Of a stretch of 64,000 nucleotides of DNA, positions 24,960 to 39,089 are shown one piece after another; the first letter of the stretch is position 1; every line of letters begins with the position of its first letter. The position numbers were made by a program, and so were the translations under genes. This stretch comes from Hemiscyllium ocellatum (lineage: Eukaryota), in NCBI RefSeq assembly GCF_020745735.1, contig NC_083409.1:18124341-18188340 (forward strand), read 5' to 3'. Below the pieces are notes generated by a model. The model was not told the DNA's origin. It was given only the letters and a program-made list of their open reading frames with translations, and made no database searches.

Positions 24960-26469
24960 CTCCTGTTCCTTGGATGCTGCCTGACCTGCTGCGCTTTTCC
25001 AGCAACACATTTTCAGCTTGGCATTTCAAACGGCAGGTAAGGGTCAGCCACATTGCTGGAGTCCTGGCAGAGTCAGACATCTACAACAGGTCAACAAGAA
25101 CAAGGCCCTTCGGCCCAACGAGCCAAAGCCAGTCAAAACAATCACCTCACTATTCTAATTCCATGTTCCAGCACTTGGCCCGTAGCCCTGTGTACCTTGG
25201 CATCACAGCTGCACATCAAAATACTTCAATGTTATGGGAGAGCTTCTGCCTCAACCACCCTTACAGAAAGCAAGTTACAAATGACCACCACTTTCTGCAC
25301 GAAAGCGTGCTTCCTCATATTCCCTCTTAATCTTCTGCCATTTCCCTTAAATCACTGCAACCGGTCATTGATCATGAAATAACTCCACATCATCAAGTCA
25401 CCCTTTATTTACACATCAACCATCCTTGACTGTAATGTCTCGTATAGAGTTAGGCACCAGAGGCACAGGGTCCCTAACACTCAACCTGTTTGATGTCAGT
25501 AAGTCATCTCCCTGTTATATCCTTGTAAAGATTTGAGATTTTCTTGTGAAACTCCTTTGGGACTTTTTAATGACACAGAGTCTTCCACACACTCCCATCT
25601 CTCTTGATGCTCACCCTTGTCTGGTTAATTCTTCCCATTTCCTTCTCTTCTTTCAGTTCATTCCATTTCAGTAAAGTCTGTGATATTTCCACGGAGAATG
25701 TGTACTTGAAACCACCAGAGAGAAGCTCCTATGAAGAAGCACTACAATAGAAGGAAGGCTGATATTTGCAGGAAGCCTGGACTGTGCCCTTGTGAACCTT
25801 TTCCAAACATTTCCATGTGATCTGTCAGCTTCCTTCAACTCTTCCCATTTCCTCCAAATCCAGTGGGTGGCCATGGGTCCCAGCTATGTCTGCTTGTTGT
25901 TGGCTACATCAAACAACACCTCACCAGTACATGCACAGGCACCGCTCCCCAAATCTTCCGCCATTACATCAGTGACTGCATCAGTGCTGCATCCACCACC
26001 CAGGCTGAACTGGAGCTGTTCATCTACTTTGCTAACAACTTCTAACCTGCCCTTAAATTCACACCCGGCCCAACCAACCCAACCACCCCGTGACTCAACA
26101 CTTTAACTCTCCCTCCCACTCCACCAAGGACATGCAGGTCCTTGGACTCCTCCATCGCCAGAACATAACAACATGACGGTTGGAGGAAGAGCGTCTCATC
26201 TTCCGCCTGGGAACCCTCCAACCACAAGGGATGAACTCATATTTCTCCAGTTTCCTCATTTCCCCTCCCCCCACCTTGTCTCAGTCGATTACCTCGAACT
26301 CAGCACCGCCCTCCTAAACTCCAATTTTCTTCCTGACCTCTCCGCCCCCACCCCCACTCCGGCCTATCACCCTCACCTTGACCTCCTTCCACCTATCACA
26401 TCTCCATCGCCCCTCCCCCAAGTCCCTCCTCCCTACCTTTTATCTTAGCCTGCTGGACACACTTTCCTC

Positions 26470-26505
26470 ATTCCTGATGAAGGGCTTGTGCCCGAAACGT
26501 TGAAT
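26470..26505 (+). ncRNA. Minimal type I hammerhead ribozyme motif, all core elements intact
   Basis: AUUC-CUGAUGA-A-GGGC(UUGU)GCCC-GAAA-CGU-U-GAAU: helix I AUUC/GAAU, helix II perfect, palindromic ACGU helix III, GUU cleavage triplet. Confidence 0.75.
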
Positions 26506-27807
26506 TTCCTGTTCCTTGGATGCTGCCTGACCTGCTGCGCTTTAACCAGCAACACATTTTCAGCCCTGATCTCCAGCATCTGCAGACCTCACTTTTTACT
26601 CTTAAATTCACGTAGTCTATCTTGGACAAATCTTTCTCCTTTCTTGACCGCCCCATTTCCATCTCCGGTGACAGTCTAGGAACAGACATTTACTGTTAAC
26701 CCACAGACTCACACAAGTATCTGGACAACACCTCCTCCCAACCAGTATCCTGCAAGAACACCACCCCGTTTTCCCAATTCTTCCATCTCCGTCACATCTG
26801 CTCGAACGAGGAGACGCTCCCCTCCTAAGTGTCCAGATGTCCACCTATTTTTAATCATGTACTTTTCCCAGCTCTGCCATCCAGAAAGCCCTCCACCGCA
26901 CCTCCTCCATTCTCTGCTCTCCAAATCTAAACACCCCCCTCCAAAATTCAATAAAGACAGGGTTCCCCTTGTCTTCAACTTACACCCCACCAATCTCCGC
27001 ATCCAACGTATCATCCTCAAACAATTCTGCCAACTCCAGCTAGACCCCACCACCATGAACATCTTACCCTCCCCACCCCTCTCTGCCTTCCACAAGGACT
27101 GTTCCCTTTGCCAATCCTTGGTTTTCACCACACTTCACACCTACCCCCACCTCCCCCAACAAAACCCTGGTACCTTCCCCTGCAACCGTAAAAGATGCAA
27201 AACCTGCCGACACACCACCCCTGTCATTTCCATCCAGGGCCCCAGTCCTTCCAGGTCAGACAGAGGTTCACCTGCCTCTCCTCCAATCTAGTTTATTGTA
27301 TCCGGTGCACCCGTTGTGGTCTTCTCTGCATCAGTGAGACCAAACATAAACTAAGGGCATGTTTTGCTGAGCATCTCAGCCATGCTCACAAAGGCTGACC
27401 TGGCCTCCCAGTCACTGCCTATTTCAATTCCCCTTCATATTCCCTCTCAGACATGACCATCCTCTGCTTCCTCCATTGCAACAAGCAATCAGACTGCAAA
27501 TTGGAGGAACAAATAATCATCTTTTGCCTGGGAAGCTTACAACCCAGAGGAATCAACATTGAATTCTCTAGTTTCAAAAAGCCTCCCTTTCCCAACTTTT
27601 GACTCCCTTTCCAGTCCCCCTCCTCCATCTATTCCACTTACAGACCCTCCCTTTTAGCCACCAAATGAATTCATTCCTCCCATCAACCAACCACTTCAAA
27701 CCCTCTACCTGTGTTCATCCATTAATGCCTACCACTCCACCATTACCCCCACCCGCCCAAACAACTGATCCCACCTTGATTTGCAGCTCCCCCTACCCCC
27801 ACCTGCA

Positions 27808-27840
27808 GTTCTGAAGAAGGGTTATACCCGAAATGTTGAC
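27808..27840 (+). ncRNA. Minimal hammerhead ribozyme motif
   Basis: GUU-CUGAAGA-A-GGGU(UAU)ACCC-GAAA-UGU-U-GAC. Confidence 0.55.
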
Positions 27841-29124
27841 TGCTCCACCTCCAGATTCTGCCTGGCTTGCTGTGCTCTTCCAGCCTCCTGTAAGCCTCCA
27901 TCCCAGCCTGGTAACCATCTCGGACACTGGAAGGAAATGCCCAGGGCGCAGGTTAACATGGTGCAAAAAGCCTTTCAGCTGAAGCTTCAGTGTTTGCTTT
28001 CAGTGTGGATTTTCAGTTACTGATTAGCTCCCCTGTTATGTGACAGGAAGAAAGAACACTTGTTGGTGCAGTGTTTTTTTGTAATCATCCCAGGATATTT
28101 AAAGCTGCCTGCACAGTGCAATCACCTTCACAAGACAAAATGCTGACGTCCCAAAATCAGCAAACGAATGATGAGACAAATCTTTTTGGTGGCATTAGTT
28201 GAATATTGAGCAGGATACCTGAGGGAATCTCTTCAGGATGGGACTTGTCGAGCCCCCTGAGGTGGAGGGATTGGGGTCTGGGTGGTGCTGGTGGGGCTTT
28301 AAATGAGCATCTCATACATAACATTGTGCCAGAGTTCACTGCAGTCTCAACCTGGATTCTGTGTTCTCATTTCTGAGGTGACCATTTGACTCTGAAGCAG
28401 GAGCATTGCCCATGGAGTCACCGTCAGTAACAATGTAAACTGTGTAGCTCTGAAAGCCTAAGTCTGTATTTCAGCTTAGAAGGATATCATCTCATTCATC
28501 AAATCTGTTTCTGCCCCTCTGCAGGCTGACCAGGCTGCCGGTGCCTTTCCAATACTCCCACGTTTCCTCTTGTGTCACAGCTCATTCTCCTGAGGGATAG
28601 TTTACTCAGAGTCAAAAAGTGTGGCGCTGGAAAAGCACAGAAGGTCAGGCAGTTGTGCTCAGGCCGAGGACATGACCTTGTCCCTCTGTCAGACCCTCTT
28701 CAAGAAACCCATGGCTCACCACCGCCCTCTCCAGGACAGTTAGGGAAGGGCAACAGCAAGGATAGAGATGGGGACGCGGTGCTGCAAGTGCTGTACTCTG
28801 CAGTTTGGTGACCCACTTTGATAGCTGTTTGCTCGATCTTTGAGAGTAATTCATTTTTTGCTGATCCCAGTGTCAATCCAAAGGACACTTCACCTTTCAG
28901 TCTGACAAACCAGGGTCACCCATGTCATGGCTCTGTTTCTGGCTGAGAGTCCAGTCTTTCAAAGAGATTAATTCAAGCCTCACCAGTTTGATTATTTTAA
29001 TTTTACATTATTTCTCTTGATTTCTCCCGGGATGGGGCGGGCGTTGACGTGTTGGTTATTGGTTGCCTTTCCCTAATTGTCCTGGAGAGGGCGGGGGTGA
29101 GCCATGTAATACCTGGAAAGGAAG

Positions 29125-32100
29125 GCGCTGGAATCTGTACAAAATAGACATGAAATTCAATGTGATGTTCACAAATGTTCTTTCGGTGAGGGAGCCCGGT
29201 TTGTGACTCCTGCCCCACTGTGACATGATCCATTTTTAATGACCCCATGATCTGGCTCAGCAAAGAACTTCCTCCAAGCAACTGGGGGTGGGCAATAATT
29301 ATGAAGCTCGCCAATGATGAAGCAGGAATAATAATGAGCAGGAATAATGCAGCTCCTTGCTGTCTGCCTTTTAGCCTCTGAGCCAGCACACTCTCACCGT
29401 TCTGGGTTTCTAATCCTCTAACATTAATTCATTAGAGTGTGGGAATATATGAAGAGGTTTTATTTTGAACTATAAGGTCTCTTTTCTCCGTGACTCTCTC
29501 CTTTTCAATCCCCTACAATCCTGTCACCAGATACTTGTGCTGACAGCCTTGTTGTGCAGAGTGAAAGCTCTCGGTGCTCTCTGAGGCCTCACTGCCCTGT
29601 GTCTGTCTCCACTGCAACATAAGGCAAATGATGTGTTTCTAAAACCCTGCTGAAATTAAAATCCAGCAAAGAAAATGACTGCAACAAGAGTTGAGTTGGT
29701 CTTGTTAAAGAAAATAATTTTAACTTTTGTCATTTTTGTCAGTGAGTGACAAAGGAAAGCTGGGGGTCCAGGATTGCTGCAGCCACTGCCAGAACATAGG
29801 GCCCAGGAGCAGGACCAGGCCTTTTGGGAGCTGCTCTGTCAATAAAGAAGATCACTACTTATCTGGGTGTTGTCTCACCTGTACTTTCTGCTTCCCCACC
29901 CCCTCCCATTATCCTTAATTGCCTTGTTCATCAAAAAATCTGTCTACTGTAACCTTGTGCCAACTCCATGAGTGAACCTCCATTCCCATGTACAGAACAG
30001 AATTCCACAGGCTATCAACCCTCAGCAAGAAAACCCCTCCTTCCTTTTCAATGGGAGACTACTTTGTGCTAAACTGGCCCTCCAGTTTTCGTCTGCCCGA
30101 TAACAGGATCCACCCTCTCAGTATCCAGCCTGTGATGTCACCTTCAGATCAGAAACTGTTAATGAGAGAGAACAGGTTACATCAGCGTTACTTTTCCCCA
30201 GAGATGATGAACAATGTTGATGTAAATTGCTTTCTCCAGTCCCAGAGTCCAGAACAAGAGGCATGTCAAAATTGTAATTCAGGCAATTTCAGGAAAATTT
30301 CTTTCCGACAGAGTGATGGAAATCTGGAACCCTCAATCCAAAATAAAAAGCTGTTGAGGTTGGGTTTCAGTAGCCATTTACTCAGGGCAGTACGGTTTAC
30401 AGGACAAAGGGAGAATGTATTCCAGGTCAGCCATGGCCTGATTAACTGGGGAACTAGGTCAAAGCAACTGATTGGTCATTCCCACTAGAATCCACTGGAA
30501 TGACTACTGGTGTGTTTGCAGCTAATGGAAGGAGTCATTACCCATAGTCTTCAGTAGCTGTGGAAGTCCTCCATAGTAACTAGAAAGCAGCTGTTTCAAA
30601 GTCAGAGGACACACTACACCAGGTTCTAGCCCAACCGATTCATTTGAAATCACAAGCTTCCGAAGCGCTGCTACTTCATCAGGTGTACCCCAGTCCAACA
30701 TCGGCATCCCCACATTACTGTACAGTCCAAATAAACTGGGGCTGTGTGAGGATCTAACCAGCTCGATCTGTACAAACGAGGAAAGAGAAAGAGAGAGAGA
30801 GAGAGAGAAAACATCTTTTGAACCAGGATACCTAATTGCACCACAATAAAAATGGTCTGCGTGCTATGATATATCAAAAAGAAGTAATTTTGTGTAACTT
30901 TTGATTGTCCTCACAGTGTGCTATTTTATTCATGATGTGACACACGGAGACTACGTCAGCATTGGGTGGCAAAAAGTATATTTTCTCCACTAACCCCTTT
31001 CCAAAACTCTCCTTCAATCTTGCTTTAATCCTTATTGACTCTTCTACAATTGCCTCTATTTCCTCACTCCTTTCCGGTCCCAAAGGAACATATGGACAGA
31101 TTTCATGACCCCACTCTGTCTGAAATTTCGTGTGTAGTGTGTTGGAGCTTGGGCCCCTCCCTCAGGCCCAGGTGTAGGGGCCTGTTCAACAATCTGCACA
31201 TTGTCCTTTGTCTCTTTCTGACTGAACTGGATCAAGTTGCAATAACGAGCTGGCAACAAGGTGTCTTGTCTAAAATTTTCCCAGCACTGGGCACAGAACT
31301 GGTTGAGTCAGAGGAGACAGAGGGTAGTGATGGAAGGATGGATTTCAAAATGGAGGCTGTGTCTTGTGGGGTTTTGCAGGGATCAATGATGGGACCTTTG
31401 CTGTTCATGGTCTCCAGTGATTTGGACGAAAACATGGCTAGTCTCATTGATGAGTTTGTGGATGCCACAAAGATTGCTGGAGTTGCAGTTAATGATCAGA
31501 TTATCAGAGGCTACAGCAGGACACAGATCAATTGGATGCATGGATAGAAAACGGCACATGACATTTAAATGGCACATGATATATGTGAAATGATGCATTT
31601 TGTAAGATGAAATACAGGTGGCAGAATACCTGCACAGTGAATGGCAGAATCCATTGGAGTATTGAAATGCAGAGGGATCTGGATGTACATGTTCACAGAT
31701 CACTGATGGTGGCAGCACCTAAGGTAGTAAAAAAGGCCAATGGCAGCTTTGGCTACATTGGGAGGAGCACTGAGTATTAGGATAGACAAGTTATACTGCA
31801 GCTTTACTGAACTTTAGTTTGGCCACACTGGGAATATTGCATATGGTTCTGGTCACCATGACCAGAAGGATGTCGATGCTTTGGAGAGGGTACAGAAGAA
31901 AAAAATACCAAGAATGCTGCTGATATGGAGGGTTTTAGTGATGAAGGAAGGTTGGATAGACTGGATTTGTTTTCATTGGAATCAGGAGGTTGAAGGGCAA
32001 CCTAATAGAAATGGATGAAATTGTGAATAGCATGGAGAGAGTGGGAAATATGAGGGTTTTTCCCAGGGTAGAGGGGTCAGTTACTAGGGGACACAGGTTC

Positions 32101-32560
32101 AAGGTGGGGGGGGGGGGGTGCGGTGGGGATTTAAAACAGATGTGTGAGGTAAGTATTTCACAGAAACGGTGGTGAGGGGCTGGAACACACAGCCAGTGGA
32201 CGTGGTGGAAGCAGACACAATAGCAGCATTCAAGAAACATCTGGATGAATACATGGATAGGAAGGGAATAGAGGGATATGAATCCTGTAGGTGAATACAG
32301 TTTCAGTCAGGAAGGGCAAAATGTGTCAGCACAGGCTGGGAGGGCCAAAGGGCCTGTTCCTGTGCTGTATTGTTCCTTGTTCTTTGGTCCCTGCTGTTGA
32401 ATTGGATTCTCGGGAGCCAGCTCCGTATGAAGAGCCTGTTCTCATTCTTTTGTTGGAGTTCATGGGGCAGCTGCTGCTTCCTTGCTACGTCACTGATCAA
32501 ACCAACAATGTGGGAAGACTCATGATGGAGTGGGTGGTTTTTGATTTCTCACTTGTGTTG
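29125..32560 (-). repeat. Segmental duplication, inverted paralog of ~52190-56613
   Basis: Collinear reverse-complement matches by eye, e.g. 29727..29918 vs 55589..56017, 31056..31259 vs 52620-52880, 30120-30480 vs 55300-55650, 29150-29290 vs 56450-56590. Confidence 0.9.
31310..32375 (+). mobile_element. 5'-truncated CR1 insertion
   Basis: QGSMMGPLLF and FVDATKI motifs, CR1 3' UTR; absent from the paralog at ~52600. Confidence 0.85.
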
Positions 32561-32934
32561 ATACAGTTTTAAATGTGTCTGTGTACTTTCCCCTCTCTCT
32601 GTGGAGGGCGTCACTGTCACTATCCCCACCCGACCTTTCCACTCTCATAGTGATAGCATTTTTGGCATTCCTTCTGTTTGGGAATGCTGTCATTCCCCCC
32701 TACCCCCCAACATTACAACAATGACTAGACTTTGGAAGTATTCCATTAGCTGTAAAACATCTTTGAACATCCTGAGCTCATGAACGGTGTAACAGCAATG
32801 CAATTCTCTCTCCTTTTTGTTTCCTCTCCATGCCTTCCCATCTGTCTCCGCACAACATCCCTCCCTTGTTTAAAATCTGGAATGAATTATGAATCTCTGG
32901 GAGAACTTAATCTGTGGCAACATTGAGACTAACA

Positions 32935-35900
32935 ACAATAGACAATAGACAATAGGTGCAGGAGTAGGCCATTGGGCCCTTCGAGCCTGCACCGCCATTC
33001 AATATGATCATGGCTGATCATTCCTAATCAGTATCCACTCCCTGCCTTATCTCCATAACCCTTGATTCCACTATCTTTGAGAGCTCTATCCAACTCTTTC
33101 TTAAATGAATCCAGAGACTGGGCCTCCACTGTCCTCTGGGGCAAAGCATTTCATACAGCCATCACTCTCTGGGTGAAGAAGTTTCTCCTCATCTCTGTCC
33201 TAAATTTTTAAGCTGTGTCCTCTGGTTTGGCACTCACCCATCAGCGGAAACATGTTTGCTGCTGCCAGAGTGTCCAATCCTTTTATAATCGTATATGTCT
33301 CAATCATATCCCCTCTCAGTCTTCTAAACTCAAGGGTATACAAGCCCAGTCGCTTCAGTCTTTCAGTGTAAGGGAATCCCGCCATTCCAGAATTGACCTC
33401 GTGAACCTACGCTGCACCCCCTCAATAGCCAAAATGTCCTTCCTCAAATTTGGCGACCAGAACTACACACCGTACTCCCGGTGTGGTCTCACCAGGGCCC
33501 TGTACAGCTGCAGAAGCACCTCTTTGCTCCTATACTCAATCCCTCTTGTTATGAAGGCCAGCATGCTATTAGCCTTCTTCACTACCTGCTGTAACTGCAT
33601 GCTTGCCTTTATTGACTGGTGTACAAGAACACCCAGATCTCTCTGTACTGCCCCTTTACCTAAATTAATTCCATTGAGGTAATAATCTGCCTTCCTGTTC
33701 TTGCCACCAAAGTGGATAACCATACATTTATCCACATTAAACTGCATCTGCCATGCATCTGCCCACTCATCTAACTTGTCCAGGTCACCCTGTAATCTCC
33801 TAACATCCTCATCACATTTCACCCTGCCACCCAGCTTTGTATCATCAGCAAATTTGCTAATGTTATTGCTGATACCATCTTCTATATAATTAACATATAT
33901 TGTAAAAAGCTGCGGTCCCAGCACGGATCCTTGCGGTCCCCACTGGTCACTGCCTGCCATTCTGAAATGGAGCCGTTTATCACTACCCAATGTTTCCTAA
34001 CAGCCAACCAATTTTAAATCCAATCTAGTACTTTGTCCCCAATACCATGCGCCCTAAGTTTACTCACTAACCTCCTATGTGGAACTTTATCAAAAGCTTT
34101 CTGAAAGTCCAGGTACACTACATCTACTGGATCTCCCTCATCCATCCTCAGAGTTACATCCTCAAAAAACTCCAGAAGATTAGTCAAGCACGATTTCCTC
34201 TTTATAAATCCATGCTGACTCTGTCTTATCCTGATACTACCATCCAGATGTGCCGTAATCTCATCCTTTATAATAGACTCCAGCATCTTTCCCACCACTG
34301 AGGTCAGACTAACTGGTCTATAATTTCCTGCTTTCTCTCTCCCATCTTTCTTAAAAAGTGGTATAACTTTAGCCACTCTCCAATCCTCAGGTACCGATCC
34401 CGAATCTATCGAATTCTGGAAAATCATCACCAACGTATCCACGATTTCCCGAGCCACCTCCTTCAGTACCCTGGGATGTAGACCATCAGGCCCCGGGGAC
34501 TTATCAACTTTCAGACCTAACAGTCTCTCCAACACCAAATCCTGGCAAATACAGATTTCATTAAGTTCAGGTCCTTCAGTCACTGTTACCTCAGGGAGAT
34601 TGCTTGTGTCTTCCCCAGTGAACACAGATCTGAAGTACCCATTTAATTCTTCTGCCATTTCTTTGTTCCCTGTAATATATTCCACTGTTTCTGTCTTCAA
34701 GGGCCCAATTTTAGTCATAACCATTTTTTTGCCTTGCACATACTTGAAAAAGCTTTTACTATCTTCCTTTATATTATTGGCCAGTTTACCTTCGTACCTC
34801 ATTTTGCCTCTGCGTATTTCCTTCTTAGTAATCCTCTGTTGTTCTTTAAAAGCTTCCCAGTCCTCTGTTTTCCCATTTATCTTTGCTCTGTTATACTTTT
34901 TCTCTTTTAACTTTATATGGTTCTTAACTTCCCTCGTTAGCCACGGCCGCACATGCCTCCTCCTGGGATCTTTCTTCCTTTTAGGAATGAACTGATCCTG
35001 CAACTTCTGCATTATACACAGAAATACCCGCCATTGTTCCACCACGGTCATCCCTGCTAAGGTATTGCACCATTGAACTTTGGCCAGCTCCTCCCTCATA
35101 GCTCCATAGTTCCCTTTATTCAACAGAAGTACTGTCACTTCCGACTGTACCTCTCCCTCTCAAATTGCAGATTGAAACTTATTGTATTATGGTCACTACT
35201 TCCCAATGGCTCCTTCACTTCGAGGTCTCTGACCAATTCTGGTTCATTACACAACATTAGATCCAGAATTGCCTTCTCCCTGGTCGGCTCCAGCACCAGC
35301 TGCTCTAAGAATCTATCTCTGAGGCACTCCACAAAGTCTCTTTCATAAGGTCCAATACCGTCCTGATTCTCCCAGTCTACCAGCATGTTAAAATCCCCCA
35401 TAACAACTGTAGTAACATCTTTACCACAGGTCAATTTCAGCTCCTGATTTAACTTTCATCCGACATCCAGACTACTGTTTGGGGGCCTGTAGATGACTCC
35501 CAAGAGGGTCTTTTTACCTTTAGTATTTCGCAGCTCTATCCACACTGACTCTACATCCCCTGACTCTAGGTCCCCCCGCGCAAGGGACTGAATATCCTCC
35601 CTTACCAACAAGGCCACTCCACCCCCTCTGCCTGTCAGTCTGTCCTTATGATAGCACGTGTAGCCTTGAATATTCATTTCCCAGGCCCTGTCCACTTGAA
35701 GCCACGTCTCAGTTATCCCCACAATATCGTATCTGCCAATTTCCAAAGGAGCCTCAAGCTCATCCATCTTATTTCTAATTCTTCGTGCATTCATATACAG
35801 TATTTTTAATTTGTTACTGCTCTCACCCTTCCCATCAACCCCTATTCTACTCAACCTTACAGCATGATCCCTTTTCAAATTTTCTGCCACATTGCTACAG

Positions 35901-35965
35901 TTGTCCTTCTTGACTTCTCTTGTTCTAACTTTCCCTTCAACTTCCTTTTTATACATCCAGTTTGT
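32935..35965 (-). mobile_element. Best-preserved CR1 LINE: near-complete ORF2 (APE + RT) broken by frameshifts
   Basis: ORFs 35456..35956 (LYMNAR, GITETWL, YRPPNS), 35135..35434 (MGDFN, SDHN), 34014..35138 (YRPVSLTS, QHGF, YLDFQKAFDKVPH), 33463..33990 (PQGSVLGP, FADD); (CTATTGT)3 tail at 32935-32955. Confidence 0.95.
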
Positions 35966-36099
35966 CCCCTTCTTGGTGGGCTTTGAGTGTGAATGTCAAG
36001 AACACTCTCGCTGGGACTTGATCTGGGTTGTCTCCAGTTAGTCAGTGTTATTGTCCTGGGGCCAGACATTACTGACCAACCTTAGACCCTGTGATCTGA

Positions 36100-37290
36100 T
36101 TGAGATGACGGATGACCTGCGCTGGGCTTTAACACTCTGTTACCACAGCACAGAGTGAAATCATGTAGCGCTGGAAAAGCACGGCCGGTCAGGCAGTATC
36201 CCTGGAGCAGGAGAGTCGATGTTTTGAGCATAAGCTCTTCATCAGGGGAATGGGGAGGAGTAAGTGAGGAGTAGGTGAGATAAATGGGAGGGAATTGGGG
36301 CTGGGGAAAAGGTAATGAAGATTGCAATAGGTACATGGAGGTGGGGGGTGACAGTGATCAGTCAGAGTGAAGGGTGGAGTGGATAGGTGGGAAGGAAGAT
36401 GGACAGGTTCAAGAGGGTGGTGCCAAGTTGGAGGGTTGGATCTGGGATAAGCTGGGGGAGTGGAGATGAGGAAACAAGTAACATCAACATTCAGAGTATT
36501 GAGTACAGGAGTTGGGAGGTCATGTTGCGGCTGTACAGACATTGGTTAGGCTACTGTTGGAATAGTGCATACAATTCTGGTCTCCTTCCTATCGGAAAGA
36601 TGTTGTGAAAATTGAAAGGGTTCAGAAAAGATTTACAAGGATGTTGCCAGGGTTGGAGGATCTGAGCTACAGGGAGAGGCTGAACAGGTTGGGGCTGTTT
36701 TCCCTGGAGCGTCAGAGGCTGAGGGGTGACCTGATAGAGGTTTACAAAATTATGAAGGGCATAGATAGGATAAATAGACAACGTCTTTTCCTTGTGGTTG
36801 GGGAGTCCAGAACTAGAGGGCATAGGTTTAGGGTGAGAGGGGAAAGATATAAAAGAGACCTAAGGGGCAACTTTTTTCACGCAGAGTGTGGTACGTGTAT
36901 GAGCTACCAGCGGATGTGGTGGAGGCTGGTACAAATGCAACATTTAAGAGGCATTTGAATGTGTATATGAATAGGAAGGGTTTGGAGGGATATGGGCCGG
37001 GTGCTGGCAGGCGGGACTAGATTGGGTTGGGATATCTGGTTGGCATGGACGGGTTGGACTGAAGGGTCTGTTTCCATGCTGTACATCTCCATGACTCTAT
37101 GACTCTATAACATTGATTCCATGTCATTGGAGGGTCTCAAGGTGGAAGATGTGGTGCTCTTCCTCCAGTTGTTAGATGGCTTCAATTTGGCAGTGGAGGA
37201 GGCCTAAGGACTTGCATATCCTTAGCAAGTGAGAGGGGAGTTGAAATGGTCAGCCACAGGGTGGTGGGGTTGTTTAGTGCGTGTGTCCTG
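36100..37290. mobile_element. Penelope-type 3' fragment (-) split by a CR1 3' fragment (+, ~36490-37110)
   Basis: CpG-decayed hammerhead on minus at ~36215-36248; CR1 ORF 36605..36958; AACATT flanks the CR1 on both sides. Confidence 0.75.
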
Positions 37291-38760
37291 AAGATATAAT
37301 CTTCCAATCTTCCAATGAAGATGCACTGTCCTCACCAAAACATGTTGGCAAATCTCTTCATAACACATAAAGGGAGAGAAACATTGAAAACTGTATTATC
37401 ATGAGTGAGAGTCCATTTAAAACAAGGCTTATGATGTTAAATGTTCCTAGCTGTAAAAAACACTGGTGTATTGATATCATTATCTTATTAAACAATATTA
37501 AAACCTCAGCCAAACATTTTCCTGCAGACAGTGTACTTAAAATATCAAGAGGCTTTCCCCATTGTTGGTTTGATCAGTGACGTAGCAAGGAAGCAGCAGC
37601 TGCCCCATGAACTCCAACAAAAGAATGAGAACAGGCTCCCGAGAATCCAATTCAACAGCAGGGACCAAAGAACAAGGAACAATACAGCACAGGAACAGGC
37701 CCTTCGGCCCTCCAAGCCTGTGCTGATACATTTTGCCCTTCTATACTGAAACTATCTTCATCAACAGGATTCATATCCCTCTATTCCGTTCCTATTCATA
37801 CATTAGTGCAGGTATTTCTTGAATATTTCTATTGTGTCTGCTTCCACTCCCTCCTCTGGCTGTGTGTTCCAGGTACTCAACTCCCTTTGTGTGAAATACT
37901 TGGTTTGTACATCTCTTTACAATTAATTCCCCCCAAACCCCTGCACCTTGAACCTGTGTCCCCTAGTATTTGACCCCTCCACCCTGGGAAAAGGCCTCAT
38001 ATTTTCCACTCTGCCTATCCCATTCACAACTCTGTAAACTTCTATCAGGATGCACCTCATTTCCCTGCATTCCAGTGAAAACAAACTCAGTCTCTCCAAC
38101 CTTTCTTCAGAACTACAATCCCCCCATACCAGACAATATTCTGGTAAACATTTTCTGCACCATCTTCAAAACATCCACATCCTTCTTTTTGGACTGTATG
38201 CAGTTATATGCAACCAGAACAGTATACCATATTCCAAGTGTGGCCGGAATAAAGTTCTATAAACCTGCAGCATAACTTGTCTATCCTTACACTCAATGCA
38301 TCTTCCAATGAAGGCAAGCATGCCCTAAGCCTTTTTTACTGCCTTACCTCCCTGTGCTGGCACCTTCAGTGATCTGTGAACATACACACCCAGATCCCTC
38401 TGTATATCAAAACTTCAAAGGATTCTGCCATTCATTATATAATTCCCACCTGTACATCACCTTTCAAAATGCATCACCTCACATTTGTCTGGATTAAACT
38501 ACACCTGCCATTTTTCTGTCCAAGCATCCAACTGATCTCTATCCTGCCATATCCTAGATAATCCTTCTCATTATCTCCAATTCTACCAATCTTTGTATCA
38601 ATTGTAAACTTACTAATTAGACCAGCTACGCTTTCCTCCAAATCATTTATGTAGACCATATACAGCAGAGTTCCCTGTGGAACCCCATGAGTCACAGCCC
38701 TCCATTCTGAAAACCATCCTCTCATCACTATCCTCTGTCTCCTCCAACACAGCCAATTCT
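37290..38760 (-). repeat. Inverted copy of ~31310-32520 including the same CR1 insertion
   Basis: ORFs 32303..32500(-) and 37531..37749(+) are near-identical; same CR1 3' junction and same 5' truncation point. Confidence 0.85.
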
Positions 38761-39089
38761 GACCCCAAGGACACACGGGACAATTCCATCTCATTTGACG
38801 AGTAAAGAAAACCCAGGTCTAATTTATGGAATATTTATTTCCCAAATTGTTATTGTGCAATTGTTATTCTGAGTAACAAGGTCCTGCTGGTCATATTCAT
38901 CAATATAGGGTTCCCAGTGGCTCTGGCTCCCAAACAGTTGATTTGAATTTCTTGGCTTGTGATCTTGCTGTGCCTAAGGGATGGATGAGCGTTGATGGGG
39001 AATTTGCATCAGATTATTGTGTTCCCCATTGTCCCCTCCTGATCATGATCCTGATTACTGCTTGGAGACCTGGACATAACTTTAATCAG

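Larger units (their letters stand above)
25750..27860 (+). mobile_element. Degenerate Penelope-like element(s): RT pieces, GIY-YIG endonuclease, terminal repeats
   Basis: VAMGPSY RT motif (~25870); RQRFTCLSSNLVYCIRCTRCGLLCISETK...FAEHL (27195..27398); hammerhead cores at 26470 and 27808. Confidence 0.85.

Noticed and set aside
32935-35965. Active CR1 element
   Set aside because: ORF2 is split into at least five pieces and ORF1 is absent.
39002-39009. Perfect octamer ATTTGCAT (also ATGCAAAT at 44174-44181)
   Set aside because: No TATA, leader or V follows; the site is not conserved in paralogous copies, and the second lies in a LINE 3' UTR.
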